Assembly (NCBI GenBank): GCA_030390025.1
Contig: CM059431.1
Coordinates: 100,442,001-100,506,000, forward strand
Reading direction: 5' to 3'
Source of the DNA: Squalus acanthias
Lineage: Eukaryota
Length of the DNA stretch: 64,000 nt
Under the pieces are notes generated by a model. It made no database searches and had not been told where the DNA came from. It saw nothing but the letters and a program-made list of their open reading frames with translations. Shown piece after piece: positions 13,201-25,549 of this stretch. A program made the translations under genes and the position numbers. The first letter of the stretch is position 1; every line of letters starts with the position of its first letter.

Positions 13201-13609
13201 GCAAAAGAATAGTAAACAGAAACAATTTATTTTAAAATATGTAAGCTATAAATCCTTGTGACTCCAATTTGTTAAAGCACATTATTTCCTGTTCAACGGT
13301 AGAGTTTATAACTAGCGGTACCAACAGACAGATCAAACATAGTGCTGTTCACTGTGGAGGCCGGGGAATTTTTCCCAAGAGCTTCGGTACAAAAACAGGC
13401 TCGTCAATTCACACTTTTTTTGTTTTGCACAAACGTGATATTTGACAGATTAGAATTATTGTACAGTGGATCAGTTTGGACCTCACTTCAACCAACTAGA
13501 GGTCGCGAGGGGTGAAAATGGACATGGGCGGGGGAGGGGCGGTGGGTAGAGGCGCCAAACAGGTGGAATCTCACGGGCACCCGTTTAGGCCCCACCTGAT
13601 ATTCGGCTC

Positions 13610-13990
13610 CATTAGGATTGGACGTATTCCTGGAGGTCTCATCACATGACCTCCAGCCTCTAACCGTCCCGCCCCCACGTTCCCGCTATTGGTCGCCCAA
13701 CACGTCCACCCTCGCGGTGCCCCGCCTTCCCCACGGCCAATTGGAAAGCCAACAGACTCTTCATTACCCGATTGGATGACTCTCGATGAACAGCCTTTTT
13801 TCGCCATGTCCAATATTTTTTTGTAACTAATAAAACAAAAGTGTTCAAAAAAAGTTTTTTTTTGTTAAAAACCCACTATTTTTTAATGCCCATCTGATTT
13901 TTCTCCCGGACTTTGCTGGCAGCAGTGGCCTGGAGATTCATCTTTGATTCCTGGAGACTCCAGGGCAATCCGGGAGGGTTGGCAACTCTA
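13610..13990. mobile_element. Partial hAT-like non-autonomous element
   Basis: Ends GGTTGGCAACTCTA, the reverse of a TAGGGTTGCCAAC-type TIR; other end not found. Confidence 0.45.
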
Positions 13991-14290
13991 GGGGTCACGG
14001 TCTCGGGATAAGGGGTCGGCCATTTAGGACTGAGATGAGGAGGAATTTCTTCACTCAGAGGGTTGTGAATCTTTGGAATTCTCTACCCCAGAGGGCTGTG
14101 GAGGCTCAGTCGTTGAGTATATTCAAGACAGAGATCAATAGATTTTTGGATACTAAGGGAATCAAGGGATATGGGGATAGTGCAGGAAAGTGGGGTTGAT
14201 CTAGAAGTTTAGCCATGATCTTATTGAATGGCGGAGCAGGCTCGAGGGACTGTCTGGCCGAGTCCTGCTCCTAATTCTTATGGTCTTATT
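13990..14290 (+). mobile_element. CR1 3' fragment
   Basis: GAGATGAGGAGGAATTTCTTCACTCAGAGGGTTGTGAATC plus CR1 tail. Confidence 0.9.
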
Positions 14291-14559
14291 AGGTTCCACT
14301 GACCTCAATAGAACTGAAAATGAGTCGTGTTGCAGAACGGGCAGCAAGTGCGATTTTGCCTGTTTTGCGTCTCTCCCCCCCACCCCGCTCCCCCCCACCC
14401 CACCCAAGTCCAATTTCGCCGCCCCACGCACCATAAACTTCAATGCAGCCTGGGATGTAGTTTCGTCATCTCGCAACCTGCTTTATTCCAGGTACACGGT
14501 AAACCCGCGCAACACAAAGAGCATTAAGCAGACCGATTCAGGCCAGAAATCAGTAGAGG

Positions 14560-14800
14560 ACAGAGGGGAAAGCTACCTCACTACCTACACATGCCGGCTC
14601 CCTTCGTAGCAAGGCTACGAAACTCAGTCGGAAGATCATGCATCATTTTCATATCACTCAGAATAACGCACCAACAGAGAAAACTCTGTATAGATTTAAC
14701 AGTTGTGCTGGAAAGGAGTGCGACACCTAATACTACTCATTCTGGCAGTGCCCTAAAATCGTCCCCTTCTGGTCTGCGACCAACAATTGTAATCAAACAA
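14560..14800 (+). mobile_element. Degenerate L1/Tx1-clade ORF2 C-terminal (Cys-rich) fragment
   Basis: Frame from 14632 reads KIMHHFHIT...*YYSFWQCPKIVPFWS, resembling KILHR.Y.TP...H.FW.CP.I..FW. Confidence 0.65.
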
Positions 14801-15009
14801 TGTGCTGGACCTTCCTCTAAAGCCTGAACTCTTGACCTGTTTCGGGGCATTTTTCAGTTGACAATACTAATGATCCAAATGTGAGATGACTGGCTGACAC
14901 ACTGCTACATACGGCACATCAGTGTGTTTTAATGAAATGGAAAGGTTTAAATCCCCCCAACTATATTCTAATGAGCAGAGACAGATTTAACCCCTTCACT
15001 GAAAAAAAT

Positions 15010-15366
15010 CGTTCCGTGGCCTCGCTCCCTCCCTATCTCTGTAACCTTCCTCCAGCCCTACAACCCTCCGAGATCTCTCCGCGCCTCCAATTCTGGCCTC
15101 TTGCGCATCCCCAGTTTTCTTCGCGCCTCCGTTGGCGGCCGTGCCTTCAGCTGCCTGGGCCCCGAGCTCTGGAATTCCCTCCCTAAACCTCTCCGCCTCT
15201 CCTCCTTTAAGACACTCCTTAAAAACCAACTCTTTGACCAAGCTTTTGGTGACCTGCCCTAATATCTCCTTATGCGGCTCGGTGTCAAATTGATAATCGC
15301 TCCTGTGAAGCGCCTTGGGACGTTTTACTACGTTAAAGGCGCTGTATAAATGCAAGTTGTTGTTGT
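15010..15366 (+). mobile_element. L2 LINE 3' fragment
   Basis: GGCGGCCGTGCCTTCAGC..CTCTGGAATTCCCTCCC..AAAGGCGCTGTATAAATGCAAGTTGTTG. Confidence 0.88.
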
Positions 15367-15544
15367 AGACAGGTCTGAATTAAAATGAATGCAGAATGAT
15401 TAACATAGTAGGATATATATTTATTCTAAAGATCAGGAAGAACGCACGGTCCACTGACCGCAATGCAACAGGCATGAATTCTTCTTGTGGGCATGGAGTA
15501 ATCTCCACCAACTTACCAGATTTATCAAACACTGCAACGTTTGG

Positions 15545-15941
15545 TTCTATTACACTGCCGGAAAAATAACAGCGAGTTTAATGTGTAAATAACCCGGCAA
15601 CTTGCGGCGAGGAAGAGATTCCCCGTGAGTTGCGAGTCGCCACAAGTTGCCGGACGATTCGCGCCGCTCCGCCGTTAGCCTCATGAAAATGGGAGCTCGC
15701 CCTCAACCCTTCCGTGAATGTTGCTGCTTTTTGCGCCGTAAAGACAAATGAAACCCACCGCGGAAAGTTGGCCCCCGTCCTTCACCGAGGTCCCAGATGC
15801 CCCGTTACCCTCGCCGCGCCGTTATTGGCTCACACGCCCAGCAATTTGAAGGCGTAAAGTGAATAGCAGCTGAAGGGTGAGGAATAAAATCCAACTCACG
15901 CCGCTCACCACGAGGTGCCCAGCTCCAGCTATTTCTGGGCC
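15545..15941. mobile_element. Internally deleted relative of the MITE at 17415-18186
   Basis: Shares GGTCCCAGATGCCCCGTT..GCTGAAGGGTGAGG and ends ATTTCTGGGCCC. Confidence 0.6.
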
Positions 15942-16039
15942 CTTCTGTTTGACTAGGCCACGTGCAAGGCTTCTTCCCAGCCCCTTCTAATTTTACTTGC
16001 AAGTCAAAAAATACTGAAACAATAAAGACAGATCCAACA

Positions 16040-16448
16040 TTGCCTGCTCGTGCAGTGAACGCTGATTCGCAGAATTCCTTCAAGCGAGAGCTGGACCTGT
16101 TTCTGGCTGGGGCGGAGGTCGCCTCGTACAATGGCCAATCAGGGATAGAGCGGCCCTCCTGGACTAGTTTTCGATTGCCTAATGTGTCCCACATTACAAT
16201 AGTGACAACACTTACAAAAAGTCCCTCATTGGCTGTAAAGTGCTTTTGGGTGTCCTGCGGCACTATATAAATGCAAGTCTTTCTTTCTAACTTCATTTAT
16301 TATCTGGATTTTCGCCTCTCCCAGGATATTACATGGTTTATGGGTGGGAGGAAAGTGTATATATTGTGATACACAAGGTATCGCAACTATGGGACAGGCT
16401 GGGTGGACCAGAGGGTCTTTTCCTGTCCATCATTTTTTGTATGTTCTT
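16040..16448 (+). mobile_element. Divergent CR1-clade 3' end with long UTR, interrupted by a Deu-SINE tail (~16188-16290)
   Basis: SFKRELDLFLAG at the ORF2 end; UTR shared with 58375-58695. Confidence 0.55.
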
Positions 16449-16519
16449 ATTACCAGAATAGCCATTTGGAACCATTTTTCTATTTAGAACTAGACCATCC
16501 ATTTAGATTTTGTTAAATA

Positions 16520-16912
16520 TTCATTCACGGGATGTGGGCGTCGCTGACAAGGTCGGCATTTATTGCCCATCCCTAGTTGCCCTTGAGAAGGTGGTGGTGA
16601 GCTGCCTTCTTGAACCGCTGCAGTCCGTGTGGTGAAGGTACTCCCACAGTGCTGTTAGGGAGGGAGTTCCAGGATTTTGACCCAGCGACGATGAAGGAAC
16701 GGCCGATATATTTCCAAGTCGGGATGGTGTGAGACTTAGAGGGGAACTTGGAGGTGGTGATGTTCCCATGCACCTGCTGCCCTTGTCCTTCCAGGTGGCA
16801 GAGGTCGCAGGTTTGGGAGGTGCTGTCGAAGAAGCCTTGGCGAGTTGCTGTAGTGCATCCTGTAGATGGTACACACTGCAGCCACGGTGTGCCGGTGGTG
16901 GAGGGGGTGGAT
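16520..16912 (-). mobile_element. CR1-clade LINE (RSg-1-like family) 3' end
   Basis: ORF 16573-17217 C-terminus SFIVAGSKSWNSLP..GLQRFKKAAHHHLL; tail GGGCAATAAATGC..GCCCACATCCC. Confidence 0.8.
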
Positions 16913-17414
16913 GAGAAAGCAGGAAGCGAGATTGGATTTACAGAAGTTTTATTTTTCTCACGAGTGTGATCGTCCTGCGGAACAGCATTCCGACAGTGGT
17001 AGCGAGGGCTGAGCACTTGCAGTCCCTCAAAAAGGTCTTTGATGCATTTTTGGAAAACCAAGAGAAGGAAGATAAGATTTGGGGTCAGGTTAGGGACTAC
17101 TGCGGCAGGTCTAATTTCCTTTGAGAGGAATATTTGACAAATGTTTCCTGAATTAGCATCCAGTCTGGGTTTTTTTATGCCTATTAGAGGAGGTCGCGGA
17201 GGGAAAGATAGGGACATGGGGTGAATGGGGCAAGTGCAAATGGGCCAAGTTGCTTCTCGACGTTCTGAGTATATATCAATGCTATCAAAATTGTCTTTCT
17301 CAGATGTTTGTTGAGCCTTCTAAAGTCCATTGGAAGGAAAAAAAGCTTCTCTCAGCCTTTCAATGAATAAATGAATGTAGGAACCAGAAGAGAAAATGCA
17401 GCGGAATATACATC

Positions 17415-18186
17415 GGGCTGGATCTTGCTGGAACAGTAACGGTGTGTCAATGACGTACACTGTTATTAATGTGCAAATCAGCCAGTAAGTTCAGGGGATG
17501 AGGAGATACGGCGTGAATTGCGAATCTCCAGAACTTGTTGGTCGATTTACGTCGCTCATCTGTTTGCTTTTCACAAACGGTATCTCGCCCTCAGCCTCCT
17601 CCTTATTTTTTAAAATTTGCTGGATTTGCACATTAATTGCCCATTAAACTCGCCGCAGAAAGTTAGGGCTCATAATAACAGCATAAGTTACCTTTTTAAC
17701 GGCGAGATAATTGTTAATGCAATGCCAAACAACCTCTCTGGCCCAGACCCCAGAAATTGAACAATTTAAACTGTTCAATCTCATTCCTGCAGATAGTAAA
17801 TTGTTGTTAGAGATTTTTAAAAATGTCAAATTTTTAATTTTTACATTTTAGTCTTACTTTTCCTTTCGTCTCTTTTTTTCTCTCTCTTGATCCGACCTTT
17901 CTTTCCCTCTCTTTATTTATTTCTCTACCTGATTTGACTCTAATTCACCCTATTTCCTTCTCCGTCGTTCCTCTGTTTTTTTCTCAATCCTTTAATCTCA
18001 TGGGTTAAGGAGATAGACTGTTGGTCCCGTCGTTCACTGGGGTCCCAGATGCCCCGTTGCCCTTGCCGCCCCGTTACCAGCTCGCACTTCCAGCAAGTGC
18101 AAAACAATTTTGAGCTGAAGGGTGAGGGAAAAAGTCGAACTAACGGGGATCGCCACGAGATGCCCCACTCCAGCAAGCTCTGGGCC
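17415..18186. mobile_element. MITE-like element (~770 bp)
   Basis: Inverted termini GGGCTGGATCTTGCTGGA / TCCAGCAAGCTCTGGGCC. Confidence 0.65.
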
Positions 18187-18381
18187 AATGTCTTTGGAAG
18201 GAATGAACTTGAGGGTTTGAATGGCCTTTTCTTGTTGCATGCTTTCTTGCTTAGCAGTGGTTCAAACTATGTTACAATTGAAAGTGATAAGTGGTGTGAA
18301 ACCATCACATTTCATGCTAGCTGAGGCAGTTAGTGCACCCATACTCCTTCACATGAATTAGCCTTGCTCTATCTTCACTAC

Positions 18382-18446
18382 GATGTGGAGATGCCGGTGT
18401 TGGACTGGGGTGGACAAATGTGAGAAGTCGCACGACTTCGCACATT
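18382..18446 (-). mobile_element. Penelope-type 3'-end micro-insertion with 12-bp TSD
   Basis: GATGTGGAGATGCCGGTGTTGGACTGGGGTGGACAAA matches 35652 onward. TSD TATCTTCACTAC at 18370-18381 and 18447-18458. Confidence 0.75.
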
Positions 18447-18634
18447 TATCTTCACTACAGCTAATGATATAGACTGGTTTCACTTGTGATGAGCAATGTG
18501 GGTAAACTCTGCCTCCATTAGAATGAAATTCCCAATCTGCAGGGGTAATGGAAGAGACGCTGATAATACTCCATATTCAGAAGACAGAGGTAACGAGTCG
18601 TAACAACATTCTAGAGTGTTCTGGCCCACATTAT

Positions 18635-19050
18635 TCCTGGAGTTTAGATGAATCAGAGGTGATTTCATTGAAATATATAAAATTCTTAAGGGGATTGACA
18701 GGGTAGATGCTGAGAGGATGTTTCCCCTGGCTGGGGAGTCTAGAACTAGGGGGCATAGTCTCAGGATAAGGGGTCGGCCATTTAGGACTGAGATGAGGAG
18801 AAATTTCTTCACTCAGAGGGTTGTGAATCTTTGGAATTCTCTACCCCAGAGGACTGTGGAGGCTCAGTCATTGAGTATATTCAAGGCAGAGATCGATAGA
18901 TTTTTGGACACTAAGGGAATCAAGGGATATGGAGATCGGGCAGGAAAGTGGAGTTGAGGTATTAGATCAGCCATGATTTTATCGAATGGTGGAGCAGGTT
19001 TGAAGGGCCGAATGGCCGACTCCTGCTCCTATTTCTTATGTTCTTATGTT
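18635..19050 (+). mobile_element. CR1 3' fragment
   Basis: ORF 18718-18957 plus TATGTTCT tail. Confidence 0.9.
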
Positions 19051-19544
19051 TAACCACTACCTGTACCACAATGCAGGCCAACTGCACCTTTCACAAGCAT
19101 TCGTACAGAAAGTGGTACGGCTGAATGTGGTTTTATTGCAACCTGTGCTGCCTTGCACAAACAGTCCTTTACTTTGGTTCAGACTATAAGATATGTGTTT
19201 TGTGATACACTCCCAGCTTATCAATATATAGAAAATTTAAACAAAAATTATACAGCCACAGACTACACCAGGAAAATTGTAATCAAATCTGGCCGGACCT
19301 GGGAACCAGAAAGCTGTCACAATTAACAACTTGCATTTATAATAGGATTACATCGGATATACGGCACAGACACAGGCCATTCGGCCCAACCAGTCCATGC
19401 CGGCGTTTATGCTCCACTCGAGCCTCCTCCTGTCTTTTCTCATCTAACTCTATCAGCATAACCCTCTATTCCCTTCTCCCTCATATGCTTATCTAGCCTC
19501 CCCATTAATAGTGACATTAATGTAGAAAAACATCCCGACCCAAC

Positions 19545-20078
19545 ATAGAGTCATAACGGCACAGAAGGAGGCCATTCGGCCCATCGAGTCCGTGCCGGCT
19601 CTCTGTAGAACAATCCAGTCAGTCCCATTCCCCCGCTCTATCCCCGGAGCCCTGCAAGTTTATTTCCCTCAAGTGCCTATCCAGTCTCCCCTTGAAAACA
19701 TTGAGTGTCTCCGCTTCCACCACTTCCGTCGGCAGCGAATCCCAGGTCCTCACCACTCGCTGCGTAAAAAAGTTTTTCCTCACATCCCCCCCTGTACCTC
19801 TTGCCCAAAACCTTAAATCTGTGTCCCCTAGTCCTTGTACCATCAACTAGTGGGAACAGCCTTTCCCCGTCTAGCCTATCCAAACCCGTCATAATCTTGT
19901 ACACCTCTATCCAATCACACCTCAACCTCCTTTGCTCTAATGAAAATGAATCCAGCTTCTCCAACCTGTCCTTGTAGCTAAGATCCCCCATCCCCGGAAC
20001 CATTCTGGGAAATCTCCTCTACACCCTCTCAAGGGCCTTCACATCCTTCCTAAAGTGTGGTGACCAGAACTGGACATA
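19545..20078 (-). mobile_element. CR1 3' fragment
   Basis: ORFs 19619-19846 and 19677-20003; highly similar to 5525-6040. Confidence 0.9.
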
Positions 20079-20084
20079 TTGTCA

Positions 20085-20222
20085 GATGTTTGTTGGGCAA
20101 GGGTATTAAGGGTTACGGAACCAAGGTGGGTAGATGGAGTTAAGATACAGATCAGCCATGATCTGAACTGAATGGAGGAACAGGCTCGAGGGGCTGAATG
20201 GCCGCCTCCTGTTCATATGTTC
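20085..20222 (+). mobile_element. CR1 3' tail
   Basis: Reverse complement of the 7070-7200 tail. Confidence 0.8.
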
Positions 20223-21564
20223 TAGATTGTTCCGGTTGCTCCAGTGGAACGACATACGCACGGCTATTATGCATTCATTTTAACTGAAGCAAGTCCATTA
20301 TTTATAGCGGGTTAATTTACTACAGTGTCATGTTTCCTGGCTTCTGCTTGTAGACTTTTCACATGACCACTGAGCTATTTTTTTGTGAAGGAAACAGCCA
20401 ACTGTACAGCATTGAAATGCCTAGCCAAATGGCAAGGTTCCTTCCCCCACCACCACCAGCTCCCCCCCAAAGAAAATTATAAAACGCAGGAAGACAGAAC
20501 ATTTATTATAGACTAGCAGCCCCCTATTCATCCAAAGCCGAGCAGCTGTACAGTGTGAAGTGGGTTCCTCTGATGGACAGGCACAATGAGTACTCGGAGG
20601 CAGTTGGCTCCACCGCTTACTTTAACACAGATAGCTGACACTGACTTGAGGCTCAATCTTAATTCAAGAGGTTGATGGTAAAAAGGAAGGAATTAACTAA
20701 ATCCTTTTCAACTGCACCAACGTGTTTTTGTAATTAAAGCCGCACAATTAACACTGGCAATGAGCGCAGGTCACCGTGGCACAGATTATGTTCAATGCTC
20801 AAAGCTTCCAGCATAAAACAGCTGCAGGAAGAAAAAGAGCACATCCTTTATCAACTTGGCCTCGCTCCCAGCCTAGTCCTTGTGGAACGCTGAATTTTGC
20901 TTCACACATTTTGTGCTCTTCTGCTAACCTCACTTTGCACAAAAGGTATCCTATAGGTTTCGCCGTTCTCTCAAAATTGAAGTTAAATTGGGTTGTGTAC
21001 TAAGGGAACTACAAATCATGCAAATATAATTTTCCTTGTCAAAGCACTCGTGTGCATTGATGTTCTTCCAGTTAGGTTTGTGCAGCGGAGATGGGCACTG
21101 TGACCAATCCAACATTTCATTTTAGCCTCAGTACTTGCACATTTGCCCCTAATACAAAAGGGGATTTTATTTTATTTTTACATCGCTTCACTGTGGGCTG
21201 TGTAAGAATGTTCAGTTCGAATGACTGTTTTATAACTAGACAATGCTGCATTTTAGAAATTGCTTTGCTTTGTAGCAAAACAAAAAATAAATTTACATTA
21301 ACGTTTCACCACAAGATCCTTTTGCAAATATTAAATTTCACTGAACCACTAAAAAATATAATGACTTCCTCTGATAATTGCTGGGTTTATAATTGCCGGT
21401 GTAAATTCTTTACAACAACCATCTATGAGTAAAAACCTGTTAACCTCGCTTCCAAAACAACACATAATCTGTCATAACTGAATGCTCAGTGGAATCTGAA
21501 AGTTACTGAACTGTCGAGACGATGGAAGTACGACACCAAGGCAACTGGTCAAGGGTGTATAATA

Positions 21565-21823
21565 TAAGAAATAGGAGCAGGAGTCGGCCAATCAGCCCCT
21601 CGAGCCTGCTCCGCCATTCAATAAGATCATGGCTGATCTTCTACCTCATCTCCACCTTCACACACTATCCCCATATCCCTTCGTTCCCTTAGTATCCAAA
21701 AATCTATCGATCTCAGTCTTGAATATACTCAACGACTGAGCCTCCACAGCCCTCTGGGGTAGGGAATTCCAAAGATTCACCACCCTCTGAGTGAAGAAAT
21801 CCCTCCTCGTCTCAGTCCTAAAT
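21565..21823 (-). mobile_element. CR1 3' fragment
   Basis: RRDFFTQRVVNLWNSLPQRAVEA in ORF 21658-21927. Confidence 0.88.
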
Positions 21824-22002
21824 GTTGTTTTGGAAGCACAGTTAACGCGGGATATCAAGTTAGATGTCAGCCGCAAAACACTTATTTCTGATTTGATATT
21901 CCGCCTCAAGCCGGCGTTGAAACACAATCTGCATGACTCTGTGCAGCTTCAAACTCCACTTCTTCAACCCAAAGCTCTTTCAAAGGATTGTGCTCTTGTA
22001 TT

Positions 22003-22505
22003 CAGTCCAGAGAAGGTTCACGAGGTTGATTCCGGAGATGAAGGGGTTGTCTTATGAAGAAAGGTTGAGCAGGTTGGACCTATACTCATTGGAGTTTAGA
22101 AGAATGAGAGGTGATCTTATTGAAACATATAAGATTCTGAAGGGGCTTGACAGGGTACATGCAGAGAGGATGTTTCCCCTCGTGGGGGAATCTAGAACTA
22201 TGGGGCATAATTTCAGAATAAGGGGTCGCCATTTAAATCAGAAACGAGGAGGAATTTCTTCTCTCAGAGGGTCGTGAATCTTTGGAATTCTCTTCCCCAG
22301 AGAGCTGTGGAGGCTGGGTCATTGAATATATTTAAGGTGGAGATAGACAGATTTTTGAATGGTAAGAGAGTCAAGGGTTATGGGGAGCGGGCAGGAAAGT
22401 GGAGTTGAGGCCAAGATCAGATCAGCCATGATCTTACTGAATGGCGGAGCAGGCTCGAGGGGCCAAATGACGACCTACTGCTCCTACATCTTATGTTCTT
22501 ATGTA
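22003..22505 (+). mobile_element. CR1 3' fragment
   Basis: VQRRFTRLIPEMKGLSYEERL in ORF 21933-22277, plus tail. Confidence 0.9.
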
Positions 22506-22671
22506 TGAAACCAGATGCACTGCTCGAATATTGCAATTTTGCTCCTGGTGCATTGCCATCTTGGAACAGGCCAAATTGGTGTGGTGAAGTTACCTGGAAG
22601 AGACAGGTTCATACTGCGGCAGATGGGCACTGATTATAGTATAGAAACTCCCTTTAAAAAAAAAACAGGTA

Positions 22672-23142
22672 AGAAAGAAAGAAAGACTTGCATTTCTACA
22701 GCGCCTTTCACGACCACCGGACATCTCAAAGTGCTTTACAGCCAATGAAGTACTTTTGAAGTGTAGTCACTGTTGTAATGTGGGAAACGCGGCAGCCAAT
22801 TTGCGCACAGCAAGCTCCCACAAACAGCAATGTGACAATGACCAGATCATCTGTTTTTGTTATGTTGGTTGAGGGATAAATATTGGCCCAGGACACCGGG
22901 GATAACTCTCCTGCTCTTCTTCAAAATAGTGCCATGGGATCTTTTACGTCCACCTGAGAGAGCAGACGGGGCCTCGGTTTAACGTCTCATCCGAAAGACA
23001 GCACCTCCGACAATGCAGCATTCCCTCAGCACTGCACTGGGAGTGTCAGCCTAGCTTTTTGTGCTCAAGTCTCTGGAGTGGGACTTGAGCCCACAACCTT
23101 CTGACTCAGAGGCGAGTGCGCTACCCACTGAGCCACTGGCTG
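22672..23142 (-). mobile_element. Full-length Deu-domain tRNA-SINE
   Basis: Reverse complement of 23815-24260, with head, body and tail. Confidence 0.88.
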
Positions 23143-23814
23143 AAGCTAGTGCTTTTAAAGTTTAAAAAACCAATGCTGGTGGCTCATTGTAGCACTACTG
23201 TAGGGCTGATTATCTTGTCAGCTCTCTTCATTCATGAGAGTTGGAAGGGCAGTTCTCGCCACACGTGTGTTCGAATGTCCACATATGGAGCTCTGCTCTC
23301 CCCAACTTCACGACAAGAGCCAGCAGTGAAAACGCGACACCCGCCCCCCCCCTTGCATGGCTGCGATAATAGAGGCTGATGCTGCGTCCCTTGGTGCATT
23401 TTGAAAAGTGACATTGATGCACTCCTTCTCATCTCTATCGCTCATTTCACAGCCAAGGCCATTTGTGAGATTTGCTGCGACTGCAATTTGGTGCTTCAAC
23501 ACCCGCTCCCCCTCACCCCCACACTGCAATTCGCCGTCCAGCTAATCAAAACAATTCGAGTACTATGATGGCAGCATTTGCTCAGCATTCATTGCGCAGA
23601 ATAAAAGTGCTCAACTAAACTACAAGGCCTTTAGCTGGGCAGCAAGAGAACGAAAGAGCAAGTGGGAATTATTGGTGCTGTGCGCATAGTTTTTGTCCCC
23701 ATTGCTGGAGAGGGTTGAAGGCATGGCTGCAATGTTCTGCTGGATATCAGTTCAATTTCTATAAACTATCTTGTTCAAATTACACTTTTCCTCTGCTTGT
23801 AGTTTGTTAGAGGC

Positions 23815-24261
23815 TATCAGCTGTGGCTCAGTGGGCAGCACCCTCGCCTCTGAGTCAGAAGGTTGTGGGTTCAAGTCCCACTCCAGGGACTTGAGCACAA
23901 AAAACTAGGCTGACACTCCCAGTGCAGTACTGAGGGAGCGCCGCACTGTCGGAGGTGCCATCTTTCAGATGAGACGTTAAACCAGGTGGACGTAAAAGAT
24001 CCGATGGCACTATTTCGAAGAAGAGCAGGGGAGTTATCCCCGGTGTCCTGCCCAATATTTATCCCTCAACCAACATAACAAAAACAGATTATCTGGTCAT
24101 TATCACATTGCTGTTTGTGGGAGCTTGCTGTGCGCAAATTGGCTGCCGCGTTTCCCACATTACAACAGTGACTCCACTTCAAATAGAATTTCATTGGCTG
24201 TAAAGCGCTTTGAGACGTCTGGTGGTCGTGAAAGGCGCTATATAAATGCAAGTCTTTCTTT
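23815..24261 (+). mobile_element. Full-length Deu-domain tRNA-SINE (single 33-bp unit)
   Basis: A box TGGCTCAGTGG, B box GGTTCAAGTCC, body GTAAAAGATCC..GGCACTATTTCGAAGAAGAGCAGGGG, tail GAAAGGCGCTATATAAATGCAAGTCTTTC. Confidence 0.9.
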
Positions 24262-24649
24262 ATTAAATCCCCCCCACTGTCCTATTTATCCTCTCTCTCA
24301 GTATATATGGGTGCCAGTACAGAAGGTGAAGGCTGCCCTGTTTGCACAGCCTCCTCCTGCCCCAGAATTCATAGCCATGGCTGCAAAGCAGATGACCCGA
24401 CAATGGAATCTGCTGCTGCATCCACCCGCAGTCTTCTCCTCTGGAAACCTCCTCGACAACCCTCGCCGAGCCCCTTTCACCACAACAGCACAGTGTGGAT
24501 TGGGGTCATTCTCCATCAAATCATTGTTGCTGTCCTCGTAACTACCCAGTACAATGCAGCTGCGGGACTGCTCCGGGGACCTGCAGGTTTCCTGTAACCT
24601 CCTGTTTCACCCACTCCTCTCTTAGTCAACTATCTGCCTATACGGTTTT

Positions 24650-25016
24650 TATTTAATTCATGGGATGAGGGCGTCGCTGGCAAGGCCAGCATTTGTTGCC
24701 CATCCCTAATTGCCCTTGAGTGGCTCGCTGGGCCATTTCAGAGGGCAGTTAAGAGTCAACCACATTGCTGTGGGTCTGGAGTCACATATAGGCCAGACCG
24801 GGTAAGGACGGCAGATTTCCTTCCCTAAAGGGACAATAGTGAACCAGATGGGTTTTTCTGACAATCTGGTAGTTTCATGGTCACCATTATTGATACCAGC
24901 TTTTTATTCCAGATTTATTTAACTGAATTTAAATTCTCCAGTTGCCATGGTGGGATTTGAACTGGATCATTAGTCCAGGCCTCTGGATTACTAGTCCAGT
25001 AACATTACCACTATGC
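24650..25016 (-). mobile_element. Meta-domain tRNA-SINE (SlmI/SacSINE2-like)
   Basis: Reverse complement of 40001-40560; tail shared with the RSg-1-like LINE. Confidence 0.7.
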
Positions 25017-25097
25017 AACCTTGAACTTTGGATCATGTCCTCTGAAATGCACTGTCTGAAAAGAGATTCAATAGCAACTTTCAAAAGGGGAATTGGT

Positions 25098-25487
25098 GAA
25101 TTCTCATCCTTGTTTTCAAATCCCTCTATGGCCTTGCCCCTCCCTATCTCTGTTACCTCCTTCAGCTCTACAACGCTCCTAGATCTCTGCGCCCCTCCAA
25201 TTCTGGCCTCTTGTGCATCCCCGATCTTAATCGCTCCACTATTGGCGGCTATGCCTTTAGCTGCCTAGGCCTTAAGCTCTGGAGTTCCCTCCCTAAACCT
25301 CTCCGCCTCTCTCTCCTCCTTTAAGACACTCCTTAAAACCTACCTCTTCGACCAAGCTTTTGGTCACCTGTCCTAATATCTCCTTACATGGCCATGTCTC
25401 AAATTCTGTCTTGATAACGCTCCTGTGAAGTGCCTTGGGACATTTTACTACGTTAAAGGCGCTATATAAATGCAAGTTGTTGTTGCC
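25098..25487 (+). mobile_element. L2 LINE 3' fragment
   Basis: Same sequence as 15010-15366. Confidence 0.88.
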
Positions 25488-25549
25488 TGAGCTCCAAAGC
25501 AGTCCTATGTCTGGCTAGCTAAGTTAATAAGTGATTTTTACCACTCCTA

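Noticed and set aside
23815..23890. tRNA genes (also 50643-50715 and 40001-40090)
   Set aside because: A/B boxes run on into SINE bodies, so these are SINE heads
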